Positions 48,501 through 57,994 of a stretch of 64,000 bases of DNA are shown one piece after another (the first letter of the stretch is position 1; each line of letters opens with the position of its first letter). The stretch is taken from contig BTVV01000012.1 of the NCBI GenBank assembly GCA_045863855.1, positions 1 through 64,000 on the forward strand, in the 5' to 3' direction. The notes under the pieces are model-generated. The model was not told the origin of the DNA. It ran no database searches and saw only the letters and a program-made list of their open reading frames with translations. Position numbers and translations under genes: made by a program. The DNA comes from Planctomycetota bacterium. Its GTDB lineage: Bacteria > Planctomycetota > SZUA-567 > H5-PLA8.

Positions 48501-48861
48501 ATAGATCGAGCACCTCTTCTTCGAGCTGAAAGCGCAACGCCGCGTCGATATCCTGCTGCGAGACGACTTCCTTGAGCACCAGCAGCTCGCCCAGCTTCGG
48601 GCGCGGCTCCATCTTCCTCTGCTCTTCCAGCAGCGCTTCAAGCTTCTCTTCGCTGAGTTTGCCCCGCACCACCAGCAGGTCGCCCAATCGGGTTCGTTCG
48701 GCGAGACGGTCGGAGAGTACGGTGACTTGCCCGTGATCCAGCGCGACGCGCTTTTCACCCATCGACGATGAAACCGACAAGACGCCTGTGGCGCCCTCTT
48801 CGGCCAACTGCTGGAACAGCTCAACCAGCACACCGTCTTTGATGGGGCCTTGCCATTCCAT
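45508..48861 (-). CDS. DUF4388-TM-TPR-PEGA-PQQ-like beta-propeller protein
   Basis: QGPIKDGVLVELFQQL...TGVL, RLGDLL/KLGELL repeats, TM helix, VDTDPTGAEVKVNG (PEGA), G-x-x-x-W propeller repeats. Confidence 0.85.
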   Translation of the reverse strand: MEWQGPIKDGVLVELFQQLAEEGATGVLSVSSSMGEKRVALDHGQVTVLSDRLAERTRLGDLLVVRGKLSEEKLEALLEEQRKMEPRPKLGELLVLKEVVSQQDIDAALRFQLEEEVLDLFTWRDGDYTFDTKGSSVDLISVAQTQGGARGANIHSLRIDLKKLIEESFGRTDEWEKIQSRLPTPYICFEVTEKGNELFKKLQPANQRILRLIREGRTLETVVKLSCQGRFQVCQSVIRFLDDAWIAPYPSGKLRYLASEHRVQGRFADALNIYRRLLETIRDENERADLQRMLDQTAEAKLRAELYQDQRKDDLVSHKGAAEAYQRRKVVRRTVLSVVAVALFLYAVVTYILMGRKKIWPDEYLAAVDLAAAAHMEQRYQDEIAIWEEFAKTLNDPDGELSELVLRRYEDARASFRRELDYRFDQAYLLEETGGLNQALAAYETLGREHPESHLKDPLAQSTKRVQEKLQKLQDARSEAEWAKKLAEGKARESERRYQAAKEIFATLEGASSASEAQRQEAKDALKRLEGIAQTVETRHREALELVRQQKAELALDKFAEARVVWPELPLAQDAAKQATLLQERRNALREGLNRARLAEARGAGDEAFELLSRLEREYAEFAEAKGLGNRAAEIAEQIKEAKDLLEQVRAAQEKQDRPAALLLYERLLEKHRGYLATQKVKLPAQVDTDPTGAEVKVNGRVAGKTPLALDIPVGETTTLLLSLPGYAPLERVIRGLRVDELDIRVSLSRAALRQLNLGAASQAPAVVLDGMLYAAAGGELLAVDAEGRVRWRTEGLVDTKATRRPASDGSGKEVFVDDPTWWQIHQPPQAWDTTHLAIATRQREIWTIARADGAKKRLLELPVEPVGGMVLRRDTLLAGKTLLAVVCADGILRVYDVEKPARPLWQQKIQDAVYPDCEPIAGVRQAGRGQLVTAARGGEISAWRIEDGRKVWTIDAGERLVAASPDETTGAKPGEMLGAYTTASGGLLVANFERGQKNWVLKPGDPRDRFTAVSVGPQGVYGLTRVGTLRSYPRESPAVEPRPAWEKPLADQVTPPVFDGAGVFLGTISGEVYALDGEGKLRWRFRCGGEPAGVTVRDGKVYVVTKEGQLIVLSAE

Positions 48862-49106
48862 AAGCCGGTTGCCGTTAACTCCTGCCTAGAGCGCCAGAAG
48901 GTGCGTGCATGCCTGCTATCAAGTTCTAACCGACGTAGCAGGAATGGTTTGTATAGGGACGGGCAGCACAAAGCAAGCCGGTGACATGCCCCTCGCCGGG
49001 CCCGTCATCGGTCTTCCCATGCGGCCTTTTATTACACTAGGCATGTACTTCATCCAGACATACCATGCACATACTTGGTGTTTTTTACCACGCGGAGACG
49101 ATCTCC

Positions 49107-50081
49107 ATGGCTCCACACGCTGCCGCCGAACCGCGCGCCCCCCAATCCGGCGTCGAAATGGCCTTCGACGCGCTCCTGGGAGGCGTGATCGACCGCATCT
49201 TCACGGGGCACCAGGCCAGCCGCAGCGTACCCGGCTTTCACACCCATCCGGGCGAACAAGTGCTCGTCGGACTGGAAGGCGAAGGAACCTTGGAAATCCA
49301 ACGCCAAGCCGGTACGGCCCAGGAACGGCGCGCGAGCTTCCGGTTTGCCGAAGGCGATGTCGCGGTCCTGGGCACAGACAAGCCGCATCGCTGGATCACG
49401 CCGACCGGCGAACTGGTGGTCCTGGCGATCAACCTCGGGCCGCGCGAGACCGCGCCGCGCAAGCTGGAACCGCTGGCGCAAGACTACGAAGTGGTCGCCG
49501 CGAGCCTGCTGGGCGGCGGCATCCCCGAAGTGTATCCCGGGCTCGTGAAAGGCGATGCGGAGTTCGCGCGCCTCGTGGAGCAGTACCAGGCCGAATCCCG
49601 TGTGCGCCGTCCCGGTGTGCGGATTCGCGTCGGTGCGCTGGCCCTGGAGATCCTGGTGCATCTGGCGCGGCGCTGCGTTGCCACCGATCCGCAGCGCGTC
49701 CTCGACGAACGCCGCGCCGCCACCATCGAACGGCTCGCCCCGCGCCACTACGTCGAACGCGCGCGCGTGATCATGCACGCCAATTACCGCGCCAGCTTGC
49801 CGCTGGAAGCGCTGGCCGAGCAAGTCGGGCTTTCGGTCACCCACCTGCACCGGCTTTTCGTGGCCGAACTGGGCCAGCCGCCGATGCAGTACATGCGCCA
49901 GTACCGCCTGCGCCGCGCCGCCGAAGCGCTGGCCGGAACCGAGCGCCCCGTCGCGCAGATCGCCCGCGACGTAGGCTTCGCCTCGGCCGAACGCTTCGCC
50001 AAGGCCTTTCGCCAATACTTCCAGCAATCCCCGCGCATGTACCGCGCCGCGGCGCTGAAGGAGGGACGCGCGCTCCTTTAG
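49107..50081 (+). CDS. AraC family regulator with cupin sensor domain
   Basis: HTH...E...PH cupin ligands; LAEQVGLSVTHLHRLF; IARDVGFAS...FAKAF. Confidence 0.9.
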   Translation: MAPHAAAEPRAPQSGVEMAFDALLGGVIDRIFTGHQASRSVPGFHTHPGEQVLVGLEGEGTLEIQRQAGTAQERRASFRFAEGDVAVLGTDKPHRWITPTGELVVLAINLGPRETAPRKLEPLAQDYEVVAASLLGGGIPEVYPGLVKGDAEFARLVEQYQAESRVRRPGVRIRVGALALEILVHLARRCVATDPQRVLDERRAATIERLAPRHYVERARVIMHANYRASLPLEALAEQVGLSVTHLHRLFVAELGQPPMQYMRQYRLRRAAEALAGTERPVAQIARDVGFASAERFAKAFRQYFQQSPRMYRAAALKEGRALL

Positions 50082-50083
50082 CG

Positions 50084-51727
50084 CTACAGCCGATCCAGCA
50101 AGTGCTGCTGGTCCGTGCCGGCCAGGCTGCCGCCGACGGCTTTGAAGTTCTTCAGATCGATCTCTTCAAGCCGGAACGTCGTCTCGTGGCGGATCGCGTT
50201 CAGCACCGTCTCGCCCGGCGCTTCCAGCGCCGCCCGTTCGGCCGGCGAAAGCCGGGCCACCCAGCGCGGAAATTGGCTGTTGGCGCGGCGCACGTTCGGA
50301 TCGGGGGCGGGCTCCTGGAAGTTCAGGAAGCGCCCCTGCGCATCGAGCGAATCGGCGAAGCCGTGCCGCGCTTCCCAGGCCTCCAGATCGCGCCGCATCG
50401 CGTCGGCGCGCGCGCGGTGCTCCGGAGCGACCGTTCCGAGCAATCGATTCTCGGCTTCGCGCGGATCGCTCGCGAGATCGTAGAGTTCTTCCCAGCCGTC
50501 GCGCAGTGCGTAGTGGTATTTCCAGGTTCCGCGGCGCAGGCAAAGCCAGCGGCCTTGGCGGCGGCCGTATTCGAGCACCAGTTCTTCGCGCGCCTGCTCC
50601 AACCCGCCGCCTTTGCGGCCCAGCAGCGAAGCGCCCGGCAGCGCCGGAGTCCCCGGGTACTTCGCTTCGGCCAGATCCAGGCAGGTTGGCGCGAGATCCA
50701 GCAGGCTGACCGGTTCTTCGCGCACGGTCCCGGCGTCGAACCGGCCGGGCAACCGCGCCAGCATCGGAATGCGCGTCGCCGCTTCGAACGGAACGCTCTT
50801 CTGCCACTGCCCGTGATCGCCCAGCATCTCGCCGTGGTCGGGCGTAAAGACGACGAGCGTGTTCGCCGCCAAGCCGGTCTCGTCGAGTGCGCGCAGGATC
50901 TTTCCGACGCCGTGGTCGATGAAGCTGATCGAGGCGTAATACAGCGCGCGCACGCGCCGCAGCAGCGCGGGCGTCGCGGCGTACATGCTCGCGTAATCTT
51001 TCATGGGCCGCCGGTACGGCGGGATCGTTTCGGGTGCGCGGTCGTAATTGAACGGTTCCGGAATCGCCGCGGCGTCGTACATCGACGCCCACGGTTCGGG
51101 CGGGTTCCACGGCGGATGCGGCGCGATCCAGCTCGACCAGCAGAAGAAGGGCCGCTCGCGGTGCGCGCGGAGAAACTCCACGGTGCGGTCCGCGACCCAG
51201 GCGCTCCCGTGATGCTCCTCGGGAATCGCCGAAACCTGAGGCAGGTGATAGAGCAAGTTCCGCACGCCGTGAACTTCGCGCTTGTGCCCCAACCCATTCG
51301 CCTTCAGGTACATCAGATACTCGTCGTCCTCGCGGTAGTCGGGAATCTCCTCCATCAGCTCCATGCGCTGGAAGCCGAAATGCCTCCGCACCGGGCGGAA
51401 GTGCATTTTGCCGATGGCGCGCGTGACATAACCGGCCGAACCCAAAAGCTGCGGCAGCGTATACACGAGCGGTTCGGGTTCGGGAACGTTGTTGTCGTGG
51501 CGTCCGTGCACCGCGCAACGCTGGCCGGTCATGAAGCTGTGCCGCGCCGCGATGCAGACGGGCACGGGCGTATACGCCTGGGCGAAGCGAGTGCCTTCGG
51601 CGGCGATGCGGTCCAGGTTCGGCGTGCGGATCACCGGATGCCCCGCGCAACCCAGCGCGTCGGCGCGCATCTGATCGACCATCAGCACCAGTACATTGGG
51701 CGTGGCGGCTATTTTCGCGGCGGGCAT
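50084..51727 (-). CDS. Sulfatase (formylglycine type, choline-sulfatase-like)
   Basis: PNVLVLMVDQMRAD, CIAAR, GKMHF, PHPP, DHGEMLGDHG. Confidence 0.92.
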   Translation of the reverse strand: MPAAKIAATPNVLVLMVDQMRADALGCAGHPVIRTPNLDRIAAEGTRFAQAYTPVPVCIAARHSFMTGQRCAVHGRHDNNVPEPEPLVYTLPQLLGSAGYVTRAIGKMHFRPVRRHFGFQRMELMEEIPDYREDDEYLMYLKANGLGHKREVHGVRNLLYHLPQVSAIPEEHHGSAWVADRTVEFLRAHRERPFFCWSSWIAPHPPWNPPEPWASMYDAAAIPEPFNYDRAPETIPPYRRPMKDYASMYAATPALLRRVRALYYASISFIDHGVGKILRALDETGLAANTLVVFTPDHGEMLGDHGQWQKSVPFEAATRIPMLARLPGRFDAGTVREEPVSLLDLAPTCLDLAEAKYPGTPALPGASLLGRKGGGLEQAREELVLEYGRRQGRWLCLRRGTWKYHYALRDGWEELYDLASDPREAENRLLGTVAPEHRARADAMRRDLEAWEARHGFADSLDAQGRFLNFQEPAPDPNVRRANSQFPRWVARLSPAERAALEAPGETVLNAIRHETTFRLEEIDLKNFKAVGGSLAGTDQQHLLDRL

Positions 51728-51864
51728 AAGCCTTCCTTTCCAACGGGCGCGCAAGCCAATGCTTGTAGGAACGCAACCTACTATAGCACGAATGCGCGCG
51801 TACCGTGCCGCCCTGTCGATTACTCGATTTGACCTTACGCCCGGACGCGCGGTTGCTATCTTGA

Positions 51865-53331
51865 ATGGACATGAGCGCACTCGAATCCGAATCCAAAGCG
51901 ACGCCGGTCTGGCGGCTCTGGCTGGCTTGCGTAACCGTCGCCCTGATGCCGCTCTCCTTCAACCTCGGCTATTACCTCGCTCACTGGCTTCCTCAGGCAG
52001 GCTTCCAGTTGCTGCCGAAGGGCCTGCAGCAGCATCTGCTCGACCAGAAGCCGCTTTATTTTTCGCCGCAGGATCCGCTGCTCGCGCTCTGGCTGGTCAT
52101 CCTCGCTTGGGATCTCTTCAAAGGACGGCTCAAGGACTGGCTGCCGCCGGCGCCCAACTTGGTTTGGGCCGGCGTGGCTGTTTTGAGTTTCCTCTGGCTT
52201 CCCGAGGGTGGACGCGGCGCGTGGTTCAAGGCCGCGTTTTTGCAAACGGCGCTGCTGATCGTCTGCGGCGTCTGGATCTTCCGGCACATCGGGACCGATA
52301 CGCGCACCTACCGCACGCTGGCGCTGGTGCTCGGCGCGAGTCTGGGACTGTGCCTGCTCTATGCGCTGTATCAGTACGTGGGTCCGATGGGCCGGCCGCT
52401 CAAGCCGGGCGAGAAGGATCTGGCGCTGGCCGGCGGCGTGACGAATGTGCGCATCGCGGGCTGGTACGGCTACCGCGGGCAACTCGCGGCGCAGGTGGCG
52501 CTCCTGGTCCCGGCGGCGGCGGCCTTCGCGGCGCTGGGACGAAACGCCGAAGTTCGCGTGGCGGCCGGCGCGTTGGCGATGCTGGGGATGTGCGTCTGTC
52601 TCAGCGCCGGAGGCGTCATCGCGGCCAGCGCCGGAGTGCTGGCGGTGGCCGCAGCGCTCTACGCCGCCCGCGACCGGCTTCACGGCGGGCCGCTCGTAAC
52701 CACGCCGGCTTGGAAAGGCGCGCTCCTCGTAGGCGCTCTGATTCTGGTCTGGGGCGTCGTGTTGCCCCGGCTGCCGCGCGATCACGTCGCGAGTCTGTGG
52801 GATTCGCTCACCTTTTACCGCAAGGTCGAGACACCCAAAGGCCTGCGCGAGGAATCCACCGCGCGCCTGCGCAGGCACCAGGCCGCGTTGAAGCTGCTGA
52901 GCAAAGACGAACGCTGGAAGACGGGCGTCGGAGCCGGACAGTTCCAGGGCAGCGTGAACGTCTTTTACGACGTGGCCTATCCGAAGCCCGGCGCGAACAC
53001 CGACGACGAAGCGGCCTTCGACCAGGAAGCCGACGAACCGTTCACTTTCGGACTGTACGAGACGACGGCGGTGGAACTGGGCTTGGGCGGGCTCTTGGCG
53101 GCACTCTGGGTGTACCTGGCCTGGGGCGCGTCGGCCTTTTCGGCGCTGCTGCGACTGGACGACCCGGACGCACGCGTGCTGGCCCTGGCCAGCCTGGGTG
53201 CGGCGGTGGGCGCGGCAGTCTTCTCGATTTTCGGACATCCGCTCGTGCGAGGTTGCGGCGGGACGCTCTGCTTTTTCATGGGGCTGGCTTTATTTCTGAA
53301 TGCGCGGGCGGCCGAAAGGAAATCGGCCTGA
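51865..53331 (+). CDS. O-antigen ligase-like polytopic membrane protein
   Basis: Multiple TM helices; GVGAGQF and YETTAVELGLGG patterns. Confidence 0.7.
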   Translation: MDMSALESESKATPVWRLWLACVTVALMPLSFNLGYYLAHWLPQAGFQLLPKGLQQHLLDQKPLYFSPQDPLLALWLVILAWDLFKGRLKDWLPPAPNLVWAGVAVLSFLWLPEGGRGAWFKAAFLQTALLIVCGVWIFRHIGTDTRTYRTLALVLGASLGLCLLYALYQYVGPMGRPLKPGEKDLALAGGVTNVRIAGWYGYRGQLAAQVALLVPAAAAFAALGRNAEVRVAAGALAMLGMCVCLSAGGVIAASAGVLAVAAALYAARDRLHGGPLVTTPAWKGALLVGALILVWGVVLPRLPRDHVASLWDSLTFYRKVETPKGLREESTARLRRHQAALKLLSKDERWKTGVGAGQFQGSVNVFYDVAYPKPGANTDDEAAFDQEADEPFTFGLYETTAVELGLGGLLAALWVYLAWGASAFSALLRLDDPDARVLALASLGAAVGAAVFSIFGHPLVRGCGGTLCFFMGLALFLNARAAERKSA

Positions 53332-53379
53332 ACCGTAAGAATCGGTGTTGCGGCTAAATTTTGCGGACGGGGCGCGGCC

Positions 53380-54342
53380 ATGATCGTCTGCGAGCACCTG
53401 ACGCGGTACTACGGCAGCTTCGTCGCCGTGGACGACGTTTGCTTCGAACTGCCTTCCGGTTCGGTCTGCGCCATGGTCGGGCCCAACGGCGCCGGCAAGT
53501 CCACGACCATGCGCATGCTGGCGACGCTCCTCCTGCCTTCGCGCGGGCACGCGCGAATCGCCGGGCTGGATGTCGTCGAACGCCGCGACGACGTACGCCA
53601 GTTGCTCGGCTACCTGCCCGAAGCCTTCTCGTTCTACGACGACATGATTGTCGAACGTTACCTGATGTTCTTCGCGCTGGCGTACAATCTCGATCCCGCC
53701 ATGGCGCAGGAGCGCATCGAAGACTTCCTCGAACGCCTGGGGCTGGGCGATAAGCGCGCGGAAAAAGTCGGCGCGCTCTCCCGCGGCATGAAACAGCGCC
53801 TCGGCGTGGCCAAAAGCTTCCTGCACGATCCGCAGGTCGTGTTGCTCGACGAACCGGCCAGCGGCCTCGACCCCGTGGCGCGCGCCGAACTGCGCGACTT
53901 CCTGCGCTACCAGCAGCACTTGGGCAAAACAGTGGTGGTCAGCAGCCACGTGCTCAAGGAACTTGCGGACTTCTGCGAATACATCCTGATCCTCGACGAC
54001 GGGCGCGTGAAGGAATTCGGGCGCCTTTCGGGCAGCGGCGGCGTGCTGGCGCGCTACAGCGGCCTCGCGGCCGGCGGGTTGCGCTACACGTTCCGCGTCC
54101 TGAAAGACGCCCCGCGCTTGGAACTGATCCTGAAGGATACGCTGGGCGTGACGGGCGTGACCCGGCGCGACCAGACGGTCGAGTGCGAGATTGCCGGCGG
54201 CGAAGAAGCGGCCGCGGCGATCCTGGCGCAGGTCGCGGGCGCCGGGATACCGGTCACGCGCTTCGCGCCCGAAGTCATGGATCTGGAAGGCGTGTACCGC
54301 AAGGCCGCCGGCGCCGAACGGCTGGGCGGAGGCGGCGCATGA
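53380..54342 (+). CDS. ABC transporter ATP-binding protein
   Basis: GPNGAGKS, LSRGMKQR, LLDEPASGLDP, SSH. Confidence 0.95.
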   Translation: MIVCEHLTRYYGSFVAVDDVCFELPSGSVCAMVGPNGAGKSTTMRMLATLLLPSRGHARIAGLDVVERRDDVRQLLGYLPEAFSFYDDMIVERYLMFFALAYNLDPAMAQERIEDFLERLGLGDKRAEKVGALSRGMKQRLGVAKSFLHDPQVVLLDEPASGLDPVARAELRDFLRYQQHLGKTVVVSSHVLKELADFCEYILILDDGRVKEFGRLSGSGGVLARYSGLAAGGLRYTFRVLKDAPRLELILKDTLGVTGVTRRDQTVECEIAGGEEAAAAILAQVAGAGIPVTRFAPEVMDLEGVYRKAAGAERLGGGGA

Positions 54343-56264
54343 ACGGACCCGAAACCGCGCCTCCGGTGGAAGCCGTGCCCGAAATGCGCACGCGCTCCGT
54401 GCCCGTGGATACCCCAGCCGCCGAACGACGAACGCTCCTGCATTACCTGGGACTGCCCTTCTATTACCGCCACACGCCGCCGCAGGTCCTGCGCCGCACG
54501 ATCTTCTGGGGCTCCGCCGCCGCATTGCTCCTGCTCTTCTCGTCGCACGCGATCATGATGCCGGTCGACCGCGATTCGCTCCTCCATTCGTTCCGCCAGA
54601 TCTGGCCGTTCGACGGGATGCGCGAGTTTTCCACCATCCAGTCCGGATTCGCGACCCTCTATTTCGAACTGACCATCTTCGCGATCATCATCTCCTCGAT
54701 CCTCGCGCCGCTCCATTCGACGTATTCTTTCTGCACCGAGCGCGTGACGGGAACCCTGGAGTTCCTCCGGCTGGCTCCGATGCCGACGACCGGCTTGGTC
54801 CTTGGCAAGCTCTTCGCCCCGGCGTGGCCCGCCCACGCGATCAGCGCCGCGCTCCTGGTGGTGAGCTTCCCGATGGCATGGCTGGGCGAGTTGGAACTTT
54901 CATCGGTCTTCCTCGTCGTGCTTTCGGTGGTCGGAATGACGATCACCATCACCGCCATCGGCGGATTGCTGGCCTGCGCCACCTCGGCCATGCGCGGATT
55001 CGTCTCCGTTGGAGCGCTCTTGACGATCGGCTTCTTCCTCCACTTTCTGCCGATGATCGCGCTGGAACTTTCGGGCCTCGAGTTCGTCGCCTTCCTCTCC
55101 CCGTGGGGCGCGCTGGATACGTGCTTCTGGCAGGAGTTTCATTCCTCCACCCGGTACGTGGGAATGCCCAAGGCCTATTTCATGGGCGTTGCGAGTCTGG
55201 CGTGGTTCTTCATCGCCTTCTTCCACTTGGCGCTTTCCGCGCTGCTGGTCTGGGCCTCGGCGAACAAGTTGGATCATCCCGAGCACTCGGCGTTGTCGCG
55301 TAAGGGTTGGCTGCTCGTGTGGGGTCTCTTCGCTTTATCCGCGCTGGGCATCGTGCCCAACCCCGTTCGCGCCAGCGGAGTTTACTCTTACTATGGCGGT
55401 TCCTGGACCTGGCTCATCGCTGCGTTCACGATGCTGTGGGCCTTTGCGGCCGTCTGCGGACTGGCCCTTCTCGACCATCCCTTCTCCCGCGACGCGGCGC
55501 TGACCGAATCCTGCGAACGGATGGCCGGACATCCCAAACCACGCGGCGGAATCCTGGACCGCATCGGCCATGCCGGATTTGCGGCCCTGCTGGTCTTCAT
55601 CAGCGGCGCCCTGATCGTATTCGGATTCAACCAAGTCATGCTCAGCACAAGCCGGCCTTCCGATCTCGAAGAACAGGAGGCCTTCACGCAGATCGCTCTA
55701 TTGCTCTGGTTCGGCGCCACCGGCCTCGCCTGGCTGGTCGGCGTGATCCTCGAGGCGATCGCCGTGAAGCTGCGCAATTTCGTCGCGCGCGTCGTCCTGG
55801 GCCACATCCTGATCGGATTGCTCGCGGCTTTGGTGATCGTTCCACTCGTGGACGTGCAGCAGAGCTACTACGGCTGGCGCCGCTCGCTCGACTGCCAGCG
55901 CGAATTGCTGCATCCGTCCTTGAACCGGTGGCCGTCCAACAGCTCCCAGCAGCAGCGCGCGCAGTGGGCTCGCCAGAACGCCGAATACGAATTGAAGTAC
56001 CTGCGCAAGCGCTACGATTTCGACCGCTACGTCGCCGGCTTGGATACGCCGGATAAAATCGACGCCGAACTCGAACGATACAAAGGGCGCAACGTTTCCT
56101 GGTTTTGGGCCTATCACCCGCAGGCCATGCTGCTGTATCCCTGCCCGCTCCTGCTGTTCATCGTACTGATGCTGTTTTGGCGGCGTTGGACCTACCGCGG
56201 TTTAGAACGCGAAGCGCGCAAGGCCTTGAAGCTCGACGCCCCGCCCGCGCCTCAGCCTTCCTGA
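54339..56264 (+). CDS. ABC transporter permease
   Basis: ATGA overlap with the ATPase; ERVTGTLEFLRLAPM...LGKL; many TM helices. Confidence 0.85.
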   Translation: MNGPETAPPVEAVPEMRTRSVPVDTPAAERRTLLHYLGLPFYYRHTPPQVLRRTIFWGSAAALLLLFSSHAIMMPVDRDSLLHSFRQIWPFDGMREFSTIQSGFATLYFELTIFAIIISSILAPLHSTYSFCTERVTGTLEFLRLAPMPTTGLVLGKLFAPAWPAHAISAALLVVSFPMAWLGELELSSVFLVVLSVVGMTITITAIGGLLACATSAMRGFVSVGALLTIGFFLHFLPMIALELSGLEFVAFLSPWGALDTCFWQEFHSSTRYVGMPKAYFMGVASLAWFFIAFFHLALSALLVWASANKLDHPEHSALSRKGWLLVWGLFALSALGIVPNPVRASGVYSYYGGSWTWLIAAFTMLWAFAAVCGLALLDHPFSRDAALTESCERMAGHPKPRGGILDRIGHAGFAALLVFISGALIVFGFNQVMLSTSRPSDLEEQEAFTQIALLLWFGATGLAWLVGVILEAIAVKLRNFVARVVLGHILIGLLAALVIVPLVDVQQSYYGWRRSLDCQRELLHPSLNRWPSNSSQQQRAQWARQNAEYELKYLRKRYDFDRYVAGLDTPDKIDAELERYKGRNVSWFWAYHPQAMLLYPCPLLLFIVLMLFWRRWTYRGLEREARKALKLDAPPAPQPS

Positions 56265-57790
56265 GCGAGATCGCGCTTCAGCACCTTCCCCGACGCGTTG
56301 CGCGGCAGGCGCTCCAGGATGCGGACCGTCCGCGGCAGCTTGAACGCGGCCAGTTTTTCGCCCAAATAGCGGCGCAGATCCTTCTCTGTCGTCTGTTGGC
56401 CCTGCCGCAGCACCACCGCGGCGTGAACCACCTCGCCCAGCGCTTTGTCCGGTTTCCCGAAGACCGCCGCCTCTTGCACCGCCGGATGCCCGCACAGTGC
56501 GTTCTCCACCTCGATCGGATACACGTTCTCGCCCGCGACGATGATCAGTTCCTTCTTGCGCCCCTGCAGGAACAAGAACCCTTCTTCGTCCAGATACGCG
56601 GTATCGCCGGTGTGAAACCAGCCGCCGCGCAGCGCCTCCGCCGTGGCTTCGTCCCGCTTGAAATAACCCTTCAGCACGCTCGGCCCGCGAATAACCAGCT
56701 CCCCTACCGCCCGCGCCGGTAACGGCCGGTCGGCGTCGTCGACGATGCGCAGTTCCAGCCCCGGCGGCGGCAGGCCCACCGAATCGGATCGCCTCAGCAC
56801 CTGGTCGTCCGGAAGCACGGTGCTCACCGACGTCGTCTCCGTCAGGCCGAAGAAATTGTGCAACTCCACGCCCGGAAAGCGCTCGCGCAACTTCAGGATC
56901 GTCTGCGGAGACATCGGCGCACCGCTGTAGCAGATCAGGCGCAGCGATGCGGTCTTGCCGGGATCTTGCGCGGGCAAGTTGGTCAGCAGGTAAAACGTGG
57001 TCGGTACGCCGAAGAAGGTCGTGCAGCCGTGCCGTGCGATCGTCTCGAGCAGATCCTCGGGATCGGCCTGCGCGCTGACCACCAGCTTCGCGCCTTGCTC
57101 GAACGCCGTGGGCATGATCGTGTTCAGCCCCGTGACGTGAAAGAGCGGCACGACGAGCAGGTGGACATCTTCCGGCCGCAGCCCGTGGCTGTGCTTCGTC
57201 GACGCCACGTTGTACAGGATATTCCCGTGCGTCAGCATCGCGCCTTTGGGGCGGCCGGTGGTGCCCGAGGTGTAAATGATCGCGGCGACGTCGTCGCGCT
57301 CCGGTTCCGGCCGCGGCGGCGCTTCGCCGGGCTCTTCGAGCCACGCGTCGAGGCGCTCGGAACCGGGCGGTATTGCGGCCTCCGCGCGAAAGCCGACCGC
57401 GATTCGATGCTTCAGGCCCGGCAGCTTCGCCAGCGCGCCTTGCGCGGCGGCCAGCGTGGACGGGTGCAGGAAGAGCGCCTGCGCTTCGCTGTCGCCGAGA
57501 ATGAACTCCAACTCTTCCGCGCGCAGCCGCGCGTTCACCGGAACGGCCACCGCCCCGGCCCGCAATATTCCGAAGTACAGCGGCAGAAAATCCACCGTGT
57601 TGGGCAGCAGCAGCGCGACGTGCTGGCCGGGACGCACGCCGCAGCGACGCGCCAACGCCGCAGCGACCCGTTCGGACCGCGCATGCAGCTCGGCGAAGGT
57701 CAGCTCAGCGTCGCCGGAGGCGCTTACGGCGCTTGTTCGGGAGCCGTAGCGGTGTGCGGCATGGTCGAGCAGATCGAGCAGGTTCTTCAT
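56252..57790 (-). CDS. Long-chain acyl-CoA synthetase / AMP-binding enzyme
   Basis: YTSGTTGRPKG, FGLTE, HTGD, GRKKELI, PRNASGK. Confidence 0.93.
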   Translation of the reverse strand: MKNLLDLLDHAAHRYGSRTSAVSASGDAELTFAELHARSERVAAALARRCGVRPGQHVALLLPNTVDFLPLYFGILRAGAVAVPVNARLRAEELEFILGDSEAQALFLHPSTLAAAQGALAKLPGLKHRIAVGFRAEAAIPPGSERLDAWLEEPGEAPPRPEPERDDVAAIIYTSGTTGRPKGAMLTHGNILYNVASTKHSHGLRPEDVHLLVVPLFHVTGLNTIMPTAFEQGAKLVVSAQADPEDLLETIARHGCTTFFGVPTTFYLLTNLPAQDPGKTASLRLICYSGAPMSPQTILKLRERFPGVELHNFFGLTETTSVSTVLPDDQVLRRSDSVGLPPPGLELRIVDDADRPLPARAVGELVIRGPSVLKGYFKRDEATAEALRGGWFHTGDTAYLDEEGFLFLQGRKKELIIVAGENVYPIEVENALCGHPAVQEAAVFGKPDKALGEVVHAAVVLRQGQQTTEKDLRRYLGEKLAAFKLPRTVRILERLPRNASGKVLKRDLAQEG

Positions 57791-57994
57791 GGCTCCATGG
57801 TAGAAACGCGGGGTTAAACTGCAACGCACGAGCGCTCGCACAGGTGCGTATGTCCGGTGTATCTATTTCATCACCCCCTATGGCCTCGGCGTTGCACGAC
57901 ATGGTGCATCCTGCTAAGGTTAGCTTTTCGGACGGGCCAGACGCCCGTATAGACGCTGTTCTCTAAGGCCCTCCGTCCCTGCGGGTTGGGTGTA

